Assembly (NCBI GenBank): GCA_964016885.1
Contig: OZ024741.1
Coordinates: 45,136,001 to 45,200,000, forward strand
Source: Eledone cirrhosa
Taxonomy: Eukaryota
Length of the DNA stretch: 64,000 nt
Direction of reading: 5' to 3'
Shown here: positions 32,492 through 51,281 of the stretch, one piece after another
Position numbering within the stretch: the stretch's first letter is position 1
Layout: the number at the start of each line of letters is the position of its first letter
Program-made: the position numbers and the translations under genes
The notes under the pieces: generated by a model
Database searches by the model: none
The model's input: only the letters and a program-made list of their open reading frames with translations
What the model was told of the DNA's origin: nothing

Positions 32492-32497
32492 TTAGTG

Positions 32498-32546
<49 letters not shown>

Positions 32547-32547
32547 G

Positions 32548-32731
<184 letters not shown>

Positions 32732-32732
32732 C

Positions 32733-32829
<97 letters not shown>

Positions 32830-32834
32830 CATAC

Positions 32835-32891
<57 letters not shown>

Positions 32892-32896
32892 CATAC

Positions 32897-32995
<99 letters not shown>

Positions 32996-33000
32996 CATAC

Positions 33001-33097
<97 letters not shown>

Positions 33098-33570
33098 GAA
33101 AATTGTGGTTGGTAATGGCACATGGAATATATCAGAGACAGAATACTTTTTTGTGAAAAAACATATAATTTTATAAGGTAAGGAAATAATAAAGTGTATA
33201 AAAAATGACCGGTTTCGATGGGTCTGCAAAAGCCATCTTTTCAAATGTTGATTAATATTAAGAAAAATTAATAATAAGAAGAGTTAAAATTTGAGAATTG
33301 AAAGTTCAAGTATACAATTCATTGTGGGATTTCATAGTAGTTTTCATCTTGGTAGCAGCTCGTTGACTGCTTCTGGTAGTGAATGAGAAGTTATTTGGGG
33401 GTGTGGGTTTTTTTATAAAGGTCAAATTTAGCAATGGCCAGATGGCCAGCTGCTGGTCAGTGAGGGGGTGGAAGCAATATACATACATATATTTTCCTGT
33501 GCTCGGTAGGAGAGGGGAGATTGATAGAAAGGGATTTAGTGCACTTACACCTATATATACACCCATACAT

Positions 33571-33604
<34 letters not shown>

Positions 33605-33845
33605 GCGTACATACATATATATACACACATATACATACACATATATATACACACACCCACATATACATACACACACACATATATATACATACACACATAC
33701 AAACACACACACATATATACACATACACACACATATATATACACACACACACATATATATATACACATACGCATACATCCAGATACACACATACATACGC
33801 ACACACACACGCACACACAATACATACATCCACATGCACACACAT

Positions 33846-33876
<31 letters not shown>

Positions 33877-36800
33877 TACATACACCCACACACAGAGAAA
33901 TGGCCTCCAAATATATATATATACATACATACACATATATTGTTTCCATAATATAAGTAAGTTAGGGCAGTGAAATTAAAATACAAGTCATTCTGATCAC
34001 ATTGAGTTCTTCATGTAGATTGGGCCCCGCAACCGACAGTGGTGAATTCTGTGTGCGCATATATATATAGATATATGTGTGTGCACGTGCAGGGTTTAAC
34101 ATGGATGTGTTGGTCACACAAAGGCATGGTCTGTCAACGAATAAACCTGATTCTACAGAATTGGTCTCTGGTCTTTAATAGTGGTGATAATTATATACAT
34201 GCACACATACAAACACATATATCTGTCACTCCGTGCGTATGTGTGTTTATATTTTATGACAATTCTATTGGGGTGATAACCCGTTTAGTTTTGGTTTAAA
34301 TTTGTTAAGGAATAGATTTTCTTTGTTTATTCTTTGTTGCTGTGTGAACGAATCTGAGCACTTGTAGAAGGGGAAGATTTTAAAGTTGGGTAGTGTCATT
34401 CCTGTGCAGTTCGCAATATGGCTGCTCAAGGGGATTTTTCTTGTGCTAGCGTCCCGGATTTGTTGGCGGTGGATGGTCATTCTTTTGCGTAATGTGGTGC
34501 CCGTCTGTCCTATGTAGTTGTGTTTTCACCCACCGCAAGTTATTGCGTAAATCAAGTTCTCCGAGTTGCAGGTGAAATTGTTTTTTACTGTAAATGTTTG
34601 GCCATCTTTAAATGTAAATTTTTGTCCTTCAGTGAGGTATAGGCACGTTCCACAGTTTGTTCTACCACATTTGGTAACTGTAGGGTTGAGGATTGGTTTG
34701 GGTATATTTGGTCCAGTGAGAATGCGTTTTAGTGATTTGGGTTGTCTTTTAGTTTTAAGGATCTTGTGTGTTTCAAGAATAGACTTCATTTTTACATCTT
34801 TAAGTAGGATGGGGAGGTTTTTGTGTAGGTGATCAAACATTTCGGTATTTCTGGGGTTGAAAATGGATACATATGGCAGGGTGTCGAGTGTGGTTTTCTG
34901 TTTTGGATTGTTAAGTTGATGGGGATTTAGGTGTTTTGCCCTGTCTATTCCATTGTTGATTATTTCAAGTGGAAAGGCTCTTAAGATAAGGGTGTCTTTT
35001 AGTTCCTTTAGTCTTTGCTCCCGTTTAGGTGGATCTGATACTATGGTACATATACGTTTGGCCAAATTGTAAGGAATGTTAAGTTTTGTATGTTTTGGGT
35101 GATTTGATGTGAAAAAGAGGTATTGCTTGGAATCTGTGGGTTTATAGAATATATCTGTATCTAATTTCCCGTCTATTATAGAGATGAGAATATCCAAGAA
35201 GGCTAATTCCTTATGATTGGATTCCATTGTGAATTGTATGTTATTATCTATGTTGTTTATCATGTTTTTAAACATAGTAAGTGAGTTCATGTCTTCTTGC
35301 CATAGGATAAAGCAGTCGTCTAGATATCCTTTCCAATTGGCTTTGAGGTGTGTGTGGAAAGAGTCTCCAAATAAGAGAAGGGACTGACTGTATATTTGTT
35401 GTTCATGGAATCCCATGACTAGGTTGGCATATGTGGGTGCTACTTTCCTGCCCATTGCCGTACCTGATACTTGTCTGTATGTTGAACAATTGAATGTGAA
35501 GTAGTTATTTTGTAGGAAAAAGCGGAGTCCGTCAGTGATAAAATCTTTGTTGATGCGTGTCGGTATTTCTGATGGGTGTGTGTTAAGCCAGTATTGGACT
35601 GCTGTTATTCCATAGTTGTGGAGTATGTTTGTGTAGAGGTTTATTACGTCAAAGGAGACAAGAATTGTATTTGCACTTACTGTTTTAGGGAGGTGTTTCA
35701 GCATGTCAAGGTCATCTCGTATGTATATGTTGTAGAAACGGTTTCAGTAGGATGTCCAGAAAGTTGCTAAGTCTGTGGGTTTCACATGTAGGGCCTGCTA
35801 TAATTGCCCTGAGTTTTAGGTCTTCTGGTGGTGTTAGTTCAATGTAATTGTTGTTTGAGGTGTCACATGCATCGTTTATGGGTTTACATTTGTGGAGTTT
35901 CGGTAAGCCGTAAAAAGCGCTTGTATTGCATTTGAAGTGGCTTATATAGTTAAACTCTTTTGTGGTTAAGCTGTTGCGATATTTATTCAGTAAGGTCAAA
36001 AGGTTCCCCATTGTTTTTGGTGTGTTTGTAGTTTTCTGTTTTTTCATAGTATGTGTTGTTTTCTAAAATGTTAAGTGCGAGGGTCCTATAGTAGTCCGTA
36101 TTCATAATGACAACAGTACTGCCTTTATCGGCTTCTTTGATAGTTATCTCAGGGTTGTTTCTAAGTGTGAATAATTCTTCCCATTCGTGTGTAGATAGGT
36201 TTGATTTCGTGTGTTTATTTGTAATTTTTTCATAGGGAAAGTTGGTGATGTGTTCGCAGTACGTGTCCAGTGCTTTATTTCTTCCCTTTTGTGGGCAGAA
36301 ATTGCTTTTATTTCTAACCAGTGATTCGTCTTCAGTGTTGGTGTCGTTGTGGAAGAATTCCGTTAGTCGCAGCTTTCGACAGTATTCCATGATGTCATCC
36401 TTCATTTCGGGGAAGTTTGGTTTACGTGGTGTAGGTGTAAATTTCAGGCCCTTACTTAAAATGTTGATTTGTGTGTTGGTTAGAGGTGTCTTTGAGAGGT
36501 TGATTATATTTGGTTTCTCCTGAGGGGGGGGGGGGGTCGAGTATCCTGGTATTTCAGGATTTTCCCTAAAAAAGGAATGTAGTTTTGTGTGTGATTATAT
36601 TTTGTTGGTCTGTTGCGTGTGGGTCTGTAGCTTGTTTCATGAGCATGAGTGTGATGGTGGGGGTGGTATGTGTTGTGGTTGTTGATGAGCAAGGGTTCTG
36701 TTGTTGGTTCATGTTGTCTGGGTGCGTTATTTCTGTGGTACAGAGTGTTGAGGTTGGGGGGTTGTCTTTTGTTGGATTGAGGGTGATGTCTGGTGTGGTT

Positions 36801-36915
36801 GTGGGTAAGTTCTGTTGTGATTTCAAGTGGTCTGGGTGGATTTCTTCTGAGGAATGTGGTGTGTGTGTTGTGAGTTGGATCTATGTTATTTCGTCGTTGG
36901 TTTATGTAGGGGGCA
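33098..36915 (-). mobile_element. Decayed, 5'-truncated sister copy of the 47.6-52.6 kb PLE
   Basis: ORF pieces 35983-36405, 35712-36047, 34526-35704 and 34265-34480 closely match 49007-51281; ORF1 remnant at 36504-36915; same pLTR and HHR at 33207-33244. Confidence 0.93.
33207..33244 (-). ncRNA. Hammerhead ribozyme, U3-A8 variant
   Basis: Reverse complement: TTGAAAA-GATGG-cttttgcagac-CCATC-GAAA-CCGG-TC; stem I weak. Confidence 0.7.
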
Positions 36916-36919
36916 TATG

Positions 36920-36952
<33 letters not shown>

Positions 36953-36988
36953 GTATATATATATATGTATATATATATATGTATGTAC

Positions 36989-37024
<36 letters not shown>

Positions 37025-37052
37025 GTACATATATATATATATATGTATGTAC

Positions 37053-37088
<36 letters not shown>

Positions 37089-37116
37089 GTACATATATAT
37101 ATATATATGTATGTAC

Positions 37117-37152
<36 letters not shown>

Positions 37153-37216
37153 GTACATATATATATATATATATATATATGTATATGTATATATGTATAT
37201 ATATATATGTATGTAC

Positions 37217-37252
<36 letters not shown>

Positions 37253-37256
37253 GTAC

Positions 37257-37294
<38 letters not shown>

Positions 37295-37356
37295 GTATAT
37301 GTATATATATATATGTATATATATGTATATATATATATGTATATATATATATGTAC

Positions 37357-37388
<32 letters not shown>

Positions 37389-37392
37389 GTAC

Positions 37393-37432
<40 letters not shown>

Positions 37433-37488
37433 GTATATATATATATGTACATATATATATATATATATATGTATAAATATATATGTAC

Positions 37489-37526
<38 letters not shown>

Positions 37527-37547
37527 GTATATGTATATATATATATG

Positions 37548-37595
<48 letters not shown>

Positions 37596-37606
37596 CATAT
37601 ATATAC

Positions 37607-37653
<47 letters not shown>

Positions 37654-38060
37654 CATATACATATATATATATACATATACATATATATATATACATATAC
37701 ATATATATATATACATATATATATATACATATATACATGTATATATATATACATATATACATATACATATATATATATACATATATATGTACATATATAT
37801 ATATATACATATATATATATACATATATATATATACATATATATATATACATATATATATATACATATATATATATACATATATATATATACATATATAT
37901 ATATACATATATATATACATATATATACATATATATATATACATATATATATATACATATATATACATATATATACATATATATACATATATATACATAT
38001 ATATATATACATATATATATATACATATATATATACATATATATATATACATATATATAC

Positions 38061-38168
<108 letters not shown>

Positions 38169-38194
38169 ATATATACATATATATATATATATAG

Positions 38195-41038
38195 GTGGAC
38201 CTTCGTGGTAAACGCCTAATTGATGGCATCACGGGATTAACTGTTGTTGGCAAGGCAGCAGGAGTTCCAACGGTTAGCCCGACATTTTTTCTTGCTAACA
38301 CCGGTGATCCTTTCCATGCGTTGTTGAACTCGTTCCCGCAACTGACACAGGGGAATTTTCGATTTGATGAACCTACTCATACCACGGAGCACTTCATATC
38401 TACAACTGGTGCTCCCGTTTTCTCTCGTCCTCGTCGCTTGCCTCCGGACAAACTCAAAGCAGCACGATCAGAATTTGATCATATGCTGCAAATGGGGATT
38501 ATTCGTCCGTCCACGAGCCCGTGGGCGTCCCCATTGCACATGGTACCGAAAGCGAATGGCGATTGGAGACCTACTGGAGATTATCGACGCCTGAATTCGA
38601 TAACGGTACCGGACCGTTATCCTATCCCTCATCTGCAAGACTTTGCGTCTTCGTTGCAGGGATGCAAGATATTCTCCAAACTGGATTTAATTCGTGCGTA
38701 CCATCAAATTCCTGTCCATAAAAATGACATTCCAAAAACGGCTATAGTTACGCCATTTGGGTCTTTCGAGTTTTTTACTATGCCGTTCAGATTAAGGAAT
38801 GCCGCTAGTACTTTTCAGCGGTTTATGGATGAGGTTACTCGCGGCCTCGATTACGTCTATACCTATATTGACGATCTGCTCATTACTAGTTCTTCTCCAG
38901 AGCAGCATACGCACCATTTGAATCTTCTTTTCCGCCGATTGAAGGCGTATAACGTGCAGCTTAATGCACCCAAATGTGTTTTTGGTGCTGAGTCACTGAC
39001 TTTCTTGGGTCACGTCATCGATGCTGACGGTATTCGACCCCGGCCTGAGCGAGTTAAGGTCATAGAGGATTTGCCGCCACCGACCTCACTACGTCAGTTA
39101 CGCCAGTTCTTAGGTCTGGTTAACTTTTATAGGCGTTTCGTGCCAAATTGTGCAAAATTGCTTTTCTCCCTGACAGAAATTTTGAAAAATTGTCGGAGGA
39201 AGAACAAAGATATTTCTTTGACAGACACTCAACTTGCTGATTTTCAGCACGCCAAAACTGTTTTGGCTAATGCTTCGTTACTGACTCACCCGGTACCCGG
39301 TGCAAAGCTAACGCTTTGTGTTGATGCATCGGATATCGCTGTGGGCGCAGTACTACAGCAAAACATCAATGGTCACCAGCAACCGCTGGAGTTTTTTTCC
39401 AAAAAGCTAAATCCTGCTGAGACGCGCTACAGCACCTTTGGAAGAGAGCTTTTAGCCATCTATTTGGCCGTGAAACATTTTTCACATGTGCTAGAGGGTA
39501 GACAATTTACTATCCTCACTGACCATAAACCATTGACTTTTGCTTTGAGAGCGAAGGCTGATAAATACTCGCCCAGAGAGACGAGACACCTTGATTTCAT
39601 CTGGCAATATACGAGTGATATCCAGCACATTCCGGGTTCACTAAATACAGCGGCCGATGCTTTGTCCCGCTTACCCGTGACAGCGATCTCGTCATCCTCT
39701 GACATAGATCTGACTCGTTTGGCTGCGGATCAGCCTCCCCTTGAGTCATTGGATGTCACATCGCCCGAGTTTGCGAATTGCGAGATGAAATACTTGCCTC
39801 TGTCGACTGCAGTTGGCCAAATTCTCTGCGACGTCTCTTTGGACGTGCCTAGGCCCTTCGTTCCAGAGAATCATCGTCGGACCGTGTTTCTGGGATTACA
39901 TTGTATCTCGCATCCAGGATGTTCTGCCACAGCAAAGCTCATATCAGCTAGATTTTTATGGCCAAATATGAGGCGTGAAATTGCTGCTTGGTGCCGTTCC
40001 TGCGTCGCTTGCCAGAGATCAAAGGTCCATCGACACGTCAAGACTCCCCTGGGTACCTTTGCTAACCCAGATGCGCGTTTTTCACATATTCATATTGACA
40101 TAGTGGGACCTTGGCCTGTCAGCGATGGTTTTTCTTATCTACTTACCGTCATTGACCGTTTTTCGAGATGGCCTGAGGCCATCCCCTTGAAAAACATCAC
40201 CGCGGAGACAACAGCACGTGCTCTTGTGTCTGGATGGATCTCTCGTTATGGAGTTCCATCCACAATAACTACCGACCGTGGACGACAGTTCGAGTCGAGC
40301 CTTTTCCTCGAGCTGTCAAAATTAATTGGTGCTAAACGCATTAGAACTACGGCATACCATCCCGCTTCGAATGGTATGGTGGAGCGTTTTCACCGCCAAC
40401 TGAAGGCCTCCTTAATGGCCTCAATGGACTCGGCGCATTGGAGCGAGTACCTCCCTATTGTGCTACTAGGGATTCGGTCAACGGTGAAGGTCGACTTTGG
40501 ATTTTCACCGGCCGAAGTACTGTACGGTGCCCCTCTGACGTGGCCCGGGCAAATGCTTGCCCCTATCGATCTTGATGCCCAAGATCACGCTTCCTACGTG
40601 TCCCGTTTGCGCTCCTATTTCCAGGATTTGCCGCCAATGGACACTAGGAAACAAACTGTCAAGACTGCTGTCCCGAGGGATATTGCCTCGTGGACGCATG
40701 TCTTTGTAAGCAATGATACGGTGAAGCCCCCGCTCACACAGCCTTACACTGGACCTTACCGTGTCTTAGCGCGCTCGGCTAAGCATTTCACGTTAGATAT
40801 TAAGGGGTCCAGGGAGACAGTTACATTAGACAGGCTTAAGCAGGCGCACCTTGACACGGACGCTGTGGTTCCTGATCCACGAACCCCTTCGTATTTGCCT
40901 GTTGAGCGAACGACTGTTCCTGAACCACCATCATCGCCTGTCCCTACACCAACACCATCACCATGTTACAAGACCACGACCCGTTCAGGTCGTAGGGTCC
41001 ACTGGCCAAAAAAATTTTGCAGCACCGTCTATATTTAG
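38195..41038 (+). CDS. pol: Ty3/Gypsy pol polyprotein (RT-RNase H-integrase), 5' truncated after the protease; no true start codon
   Basis: [40 protein letters not shown]; [31 protein letters not shown]; HHCC; [18 protein letters not shown]; PYTGPY. Confidence 0.95.
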   Translation: MDLRGKRLIDGITGLTVVGKAAGVPTVSPTFFLANTGDPFHALLNSFPQLTQGNFRFDEPTHTTEHFISTTGAPVFSRPRRLPPDKLKAARSEFDHMLQMGIIRPSTSPWASPLHMVPKANGDWRPTGDYRRLNSITVPDRYPIPHLQDFASSLQGCKIFSKLDLIRAYHQIPVHKNDIPKTAIVTPFGSFEFFTMPFRLRNAASTFQRFMDEVTRGLDYVYTYIDDLLITSSSPEQHTHHLNLLFRRLKAYNVQLNAPKCVFGAESLTFLGHVIDADGIRPRPERVKVIEDLPPPTSLRQLRQFLGLVNFYRRFVPNCAKLLFSLTEILKNCRRKNKDISLTDTQLADFQHAKTVLANASLLTHPVPGAKLTLCVDASDIAVGAVLQQNINGHQQPLEFFSKKLNPAETRYSTFGRELLAIYLAVKHFSHVLEGRQFTILTDHKPLTFALRAKADKYSPRETRHLDFIWQYTSDIQHIPGSLNTAADALSRLPVTAISSSSDIDLTRLAADQPPLESLDVTSPEFANCEMKYLPLSTAVGQILCDVSLDVPRPFVPENHRRTVFLGLHCISHPGCSATAKLISARFLWPNMRREIAAWCRSCVACQRSKVHRHVKTPLGTFANPDARFSHIHIDIVGPWPVSDGFSYLLTVIDRFSRWPEAIPLKNITAETTARALVSGWISRYGVPSTITTDRGRQFESSLFLELSKLIGAKRIRTTAYHPASNGMVERFHRQLKASLMASMDSAHWSEYLPIVLLGIRSTVKVDFGFSPAEVLYGAPLTWPGQMLAPIDLDAQDHASYVSRLRSYFQDLPPMDTRKQTVKTAVPRDIASWTHVFVSNDTVKPPLTQPYTGPYRVLARSAKHFTLDIKGSRETVTLDRLKQAHLDTDAVVPDPRTPSYLPVERTTVPEPPSSPVPTPTPSPCYKTTTRSGRRVHWPKKFCSTVYI

Positions 41039-41452
41039 ACTATGTTAGCTGCACCTTTTTTTTGCCTCTCTGTTTCTGCTTTTTCTTTGCCTTGTTTTTT
41101 TATGCATGCATGTCGTTTTTTTTTAAACATTTTTCAAATCCTTATTCTGGATTAAATTTTTGCTAGAGCGGATAGCTCGCCCTTGTTGCATTGTTCGCCA
41201 TCTTACTCCACATGTGAGTAATGACATCGATTTTCGATAATTTGAAAATCTGGCTCGAGGTACTGTAGTAAGACGCCTCACGCTCCTTGATAGAACAACG
41301 CCGGTTAGGAACGCCAGAAAGAAAAGACAGACAGCCATTGAAAAGCCGACTGAACACACGCCAGAAACCAGCCTCTGTACAACACCATTGTTTGTGCTAC
41401 ATCAAAAAATAAACGTATATTTCATCTCTAATTTCTGCTGTTGAAATAATTA
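41039..41452 (+). mobile_element. Probable Gypsy 3'UTR/3' LTR remnant
   Basis: Follows the pol stop; AATAAA at ~41408; no second LTR in the window to confirm. Confidence 0.4.
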
Positions 41453-41945
41453 TTATGTCACTCGTATCTCGATAACATCTACAACTAATACTGCTAAAGC
41501 AGCAATGTGATCCTGGGTATTCACCTCTAGCATATGGGCTAGGATCGCCTGTACCTCTTGAGGTAGGCGAGAGAAGAACAATTGTTTCAGGAAAGGGCTA
41601 TCCTGATTTGGGGAATCGCTCAAATCCCGCAAATGCCGGAGAAAAGCGGTAGGGGTCCTGTCACCTAATCGTTCGTCCTCGATCAGTGACCGAAAACGAC
41701 TCTCTACCGACTTACAATTCCTCCTCAAATTCTCGCCCTTCAAAAACTCATACGTTAAGTCAGAGGGAGGGGGGGGGTCTGTAATTAGGTCTTGGACCGA
41801 ATCTGCTAGATTAGGGGAAGGCCGCTAATCAATACAGCGAGGCGCTGGTCAGATTCGGTCTTACAGACCGTAAAATACGCCTGTAACTGGGCAAACCACA
41901 TCTTAGGTTTTCCAGTAAAGGCGGGCAAATGTGGTACATTCTTGT
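41453..41945 (-). pseudogene. Gypsy-type gag N-terminal remnant
   Basis: LPAFTGKPKMWFAQLQAYF..TYEFLK..RFRSLIEDERLGDRTPTAFLRHLRDL..LKQLFFSRLPQEVQAILA; contains stops/frameshift. Confidence 0.75.
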
Positions 41946-42424
41946 CAACTTTTAAAATTAAAACAAATATATATACCTATATATCTAAAGAGCAATTAAT
42001 GTACCCTTGTACAGTAAAAAGAGAACAGTCAATATTGAGAAAAAGTTAAAGGGCAAAAAGAAACAGACATTCAAAACATAAGGAAATATGCAAAATACAT
42101 AAAATACAGATATATATCTTTAAAAAAAAATTTTACTTCAACGTCTGTCCCCTCGCGTTGCTTCAACGAAACAGCCAAATCAAATAAGGTAAAAAAGAGA
42201 AGAAAAAAATGTTTTTTTTTTTTTTTTTTTAAATATACCCACGTTGGATGGATATCAACAAAGGTAGCCAGTGGCTAAAATCCTTAGAAAAAGGTAAGGC
42301 ATGTATATCCCCATGCGGGGCAGTTATGTTCACAAAAAAAGTTTAGTCTCTTCTCTCTTGATCAGTCATGGTACACACACGCAATTCAAAAAATGTGTCC
42401 GTTTCAAAACTGGGAAGGAACGCA

Positions 42425-46643
<4,219 letters not shown>

Positions 46644-47040
46644 TGTTAGACTTTGGGAGGGTCATGTTGCCAATAAGAAACACACGAACCAGTTACCCCA
46701 CTTCAATTTATTATATATTTATAAATTTATAAATTTACAAATCTACAAACTTGTAAATTTCTGGTTGGTTGGTTGGTTCCACAACCAGATAGTTGTTTAT
46801 ATATATAGTCATAGTCTTTCGTCACACACTCTGTGACCTCTTCAGTGACTGGGGATTCCTTTCTTCTCTTCGTTTCTGTGCCTTTTCTTTCTTCTATCCT
46901 ACGCCATTTTGTTTCTGTGTGACAAGAACAAAATGGCGTAGGATAGAAGAAAGAAAAGGCACAGAAACGAAGAGAAGAAAGGAATCCACAGTCATTGAAG
47001 AGGTCACTGAAGAGTAACCCAACAATTTTAAATATAACTT

Positions 47041-47045
<5 letters not shown>
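46644..47045. mobile_element. Fold-back pLTR element (centre ~46920), HHR at 46807-46850 (-), chimeric right end
   Basis: Palindromic arms ~46833-46913 / ~46926-47007; reverse complement AGTCA-CTGAAGA-GGTCAC-agagtgt-GTGAC-GAAA-GAC-TA-TGACT. Confidence 0.85.
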
Positions 47046-47098
<53 letters not shown>

Positions 47099-47113
47099 CA
47101 TATATATATATAC

Positions 47114-47362
<249 letters not shown>

Positions 47363-47417
47363 CATATATACATATATATATATATATACATATATACATA
47401 TATACTATATATACATA

Positions 47418-47617
<200 letters not shown>

Positions 47618-48082
47618 CATATGAAAAGTGTAATTTTCTACACAAAACGAAGGTTATAGAGAAAATTGAGGTTGGTAATGGCACATGGAATATATAAGAG
47701 ACAGAATACTTTTTTGTGAAAAAACTTAATTTTATAAGGTAAGGAAATAATAAAGGGTATAAAAAATGACCGGTTTCGATGGGTCTGCAAAAGCCATCTT
47801 TTCAAATGTTGATTAATATTAAGAAAAATTAATAATACGAAGAGTTAAAATTTGAGACTTGAAAATTCAAGTATAAAATTCATTGTGGGATTTCATAGCA
47901 GTTTTCATCTAGGTAGCAACAACAGGTTGACTGCTGTGTCCCTTTCTGGTAGTGAATGAGAAGTTATTTGGGGTGTGGGTTATTTTATAAAGGTCAGATT
48001 TAGCAATAGCCAGCTGCTGGTCAGTGAGGGGGTGGAAGCAATATACACACACATACCTTCATCCACACATACATACACATAC

Positions 48083-48123
<41 letters not shown>

Positions 48124-48186
48124 CACACATACATACACACACACACATACATATACATACACACACACACACACATATATACACAT

Positions 48187-48241
<55 letters not shown>

Positions 48242-48272
48242 TATATATACATACACATACATCCAGATACAC

Positions 48273-48302
<30 letters not shown>

Positions 48303-48303
<1 letters not shown>

Positions 48304-49037
48304 AAAAGGCCGAGGGAACAACCCTACAAAATTTAATCAAATCGTGGAAACAGGACTGCGAGAATGCAGAAACTATTTCCCTTAAACGGTGGGAAAAATC
48401 CGAAAACTGGTTCCTCAAATATGAAGAAGACTTTAAAAGGACGCACCAAACAGGTAACCCCTTTATAAAGCATTTGAACATAACAAGAACTACAACAGAC
48501 ACATTTACACCACCAAACCCAACACACACTAACCACAGGCACATCCCCCACCAACACAAACCAAATACGGCCAACTACACCAAAAGAAACACACCCAACC
48601 ACCACAACACAGGTTTCCGTAGAAATGCCCCCTACATAAACCAACGACGAAATAACATAGATCCAACTCACAACACACACACCACATTCCTCAGAAGAAA
48701 TCCACCCAGGCCACTTGAAATCACAACAGAACTTACCCACAACCACACCAGACATCACCCTCAATCCAACAAAAGACAACCCCCCAGCCTCAACACTCTG
48801 TACCACAGAAATAACGCACCCAGACCACATGAACTAACAACAGAACCCTTGCTCATCAACAACCACAACACATACCACCCCCACCATCACATTCACCCTC
48901 ATGAAACAACAAGCTACAGACCCACACGCAACAGACCAACAAAATATAATCACACACAAAACTACATTCCTTTTTTAGGGAAAAGCCTAAAATACCAGGA
49001 TACTCGATGGCCCCCCCTCAGGAGAAACCAAAAATAA
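48303..49037 (+). CDS. Putative PLE ORF1 (5' truncated by the inversion; helical-looking start, then an H/T/N/R/P-rich region)
   Basis: ~244 open codons; the homologous frame is also open in the sister copy; overlaps ORF2 in the -1 frame. Confidence 0.55.
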
Positions 49038-51281
49038 TCAACCTCTCAAAGACACCTCTAACCAACACACAAATCAACATTTTAAGTAAGGGCCTGAAAT
49101 TTACACCTACACCACGTAAACCAAACTTCCCCGAAATGAAGGATGACATCATGGAATACTGCCGAAAGCTGCGACTAACGGAATTCTTCCACAACGACAC
49201 CAACACTGAAGACGAATCACTGGTTAGAAATAAAAGCAATTTCTGCCCACAAAAGGGAAGAAATAAAGCACTGGACACGTACTGCGAACACATCACCAAC
49301 TTTCCCTATGAAACAATTACAAATAAACACACGAAATCAAACCTATCTACACACGAATGGGAAGAATTATTCACACTTAGAAACAACCCTGAGATAACTA
49401 TCAAAGAAGCCGATAAAGGCAGTACTGTTGTGATTATGAATACGGACTACTATAGGACCCTCGCACTTAACATTTTAGAAAACAGCACATACTATGAAAA
49501 AACAGAAAACTACAAACACACCAAAACAATGGGGAACCTTTTGACCTTACTGAATAAATACCGCAACAGCTTAACCACAAAAGAGTTTAACTATATAAGC
49601 CACTTCAAATGCAATACAAGCTCTTTTTACGGCTTACCGAAACTTCACAAATGTAAACCCATAAAAGATGCATGTGACACCTCAACCAACAATTACATTG
49701 AACTAACACCACCAGAAGACCTAAAACTCAGGCCAATTATAGCAGGCCCTACATGTGAAACCCACAGACTTAGCAACTTTCTGGACATCCTACTGAAACC
49801 CTTTCTACAACATATACAGAGCTACATACGAGATGACCTTGACATGCTGAAACACCTCCCTAAAACAGTAAGTGCAAATACAATTCTTGTCTCCTTTGAC
49901 GTAATAAACCTCTACACAAACATACCTCACAACTATGGAATAACAGCAGTCCAATACTGGCTTAACACACACCCATCAGAAATACCGACACGCATCAACA
50001 CAGATTTTATCACTGACGGACTCCGCTTTATCCTACAAAATAACTACTTCACATTCAATGGTTCAACATACAGACAAGTATCAGGTACGGCAATGGGCAC
50101 GAAAGTAGCACCCACATATGCCAACCTAGTCATGGGATTCCATGAACAACAAATATACAGACAGTCCCTTCTCTTATTTGGAGACTCTTTCCACACACAC
50201 CTCAAAGCCAATTGGAAAAGATATCTAGACGACTGCTTTATCCTATGGCAAGAAGACATGAACTCACTTACTACGTTTAAAAACATGATAAACAACATAG
50301 ATAATAACATACAATTCACAATGGAATCCAATCCTAAGGAATTAGCCTTCTTGGATATTCTCATCTCTGTAATAGACGGGAAATTAGATACAGATATATT
50401 CTATAAACCCACAGATTCCAAGCAATACCTCTTTTTCACATCAAGTCACCCAAAACATACAAAACTTAACATTCCTTACAATTTGGCCAAACGTATATGT
50501 ACCATAGTATCAGATCCACCTAAACGGGAGCAAAGACTAAAGGAACTAAAAGACACCCTTATCTTAAGAACCTTTCCACTTGAAATAATCAACAATGGAA
50601 TAGACAGGGCAAAACACCTAAATCCCCATCAACTTAACAATCCAAAACAGAAAACCACACTCAACACCCTGCCATATGTATCCACTTTCAACCCCAGAAA
50701 TACCGAAATGTTTGATCACCTACACAAAAACCTCCCCATCCTACTTAAAGATGTAAAAATGAAGTCTATTCTTGAAACACACAAGATCCTTAAAAGTAAA
50801 AGACAACCCAAATCACTTAAACGCATTCTCACTGGACCAAATATACCCAAACCAATCCTCAACCCTACAGTTACCAAATGTGGTAGAACAAACTGTGGAA
50901 CGTGCCTCTACCTCACTGAAGGACAAACATTTACATTCAAAGATGGCCAAACATTTACAGTAAAAAACAATTTCACCTGCAACTCGGAGAACTTGATTTA
51001 CGCAATAACTTGCGGTGGGTGCAAACACAACTACATAGGACAGACGGGCATCATTACGCAAAAGAATGACCATCCACCGCCAACAAATCCGGGACGCTAA
51101 CACAAGAAAAATCCCCTTGAGCAGCCATATTGCGAACTGCGCAGGAATGACACTACCCAACTTTAAAATCTTCCCCTTCTACAAGTGCTCAGATTCGTTC
51201 ACACAACAACAAAGAATAAACAAAGAAAATCTATTCCTTAACAAATTTAAACCAAAACTAAACGGGTTATCACCCCAATAG
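49007..51281 (+). pseudogene. PLE reverse transcriptase + C-terminal GIY-YIG (single frameshift near 51050)
   Basis: IINLS..LSKGLKFTP; IKEADKG; FYGLPKLHK; LRPII; SFDVINLYTNIP; GTAMG..AP.YANL; RYLDDCF; FLDI; FYKPTD..SSHP; CGRTNCGTC..NLIYAITCGGC..YIGQTG/RMTIHRQ. Confidence 0.95.

Larger units (their letters stand above)
28843..32496 (-). mobile_element. 5'-truncated PLE (CxCx5C-type GIY-YIG) with ~2.2 kb 3'UTR and pLTR
   Basis: ORF 31034-32491; HHR at 28994-29031; hairpin at 28915-28938; TA flanks. Confidence 0.88.
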
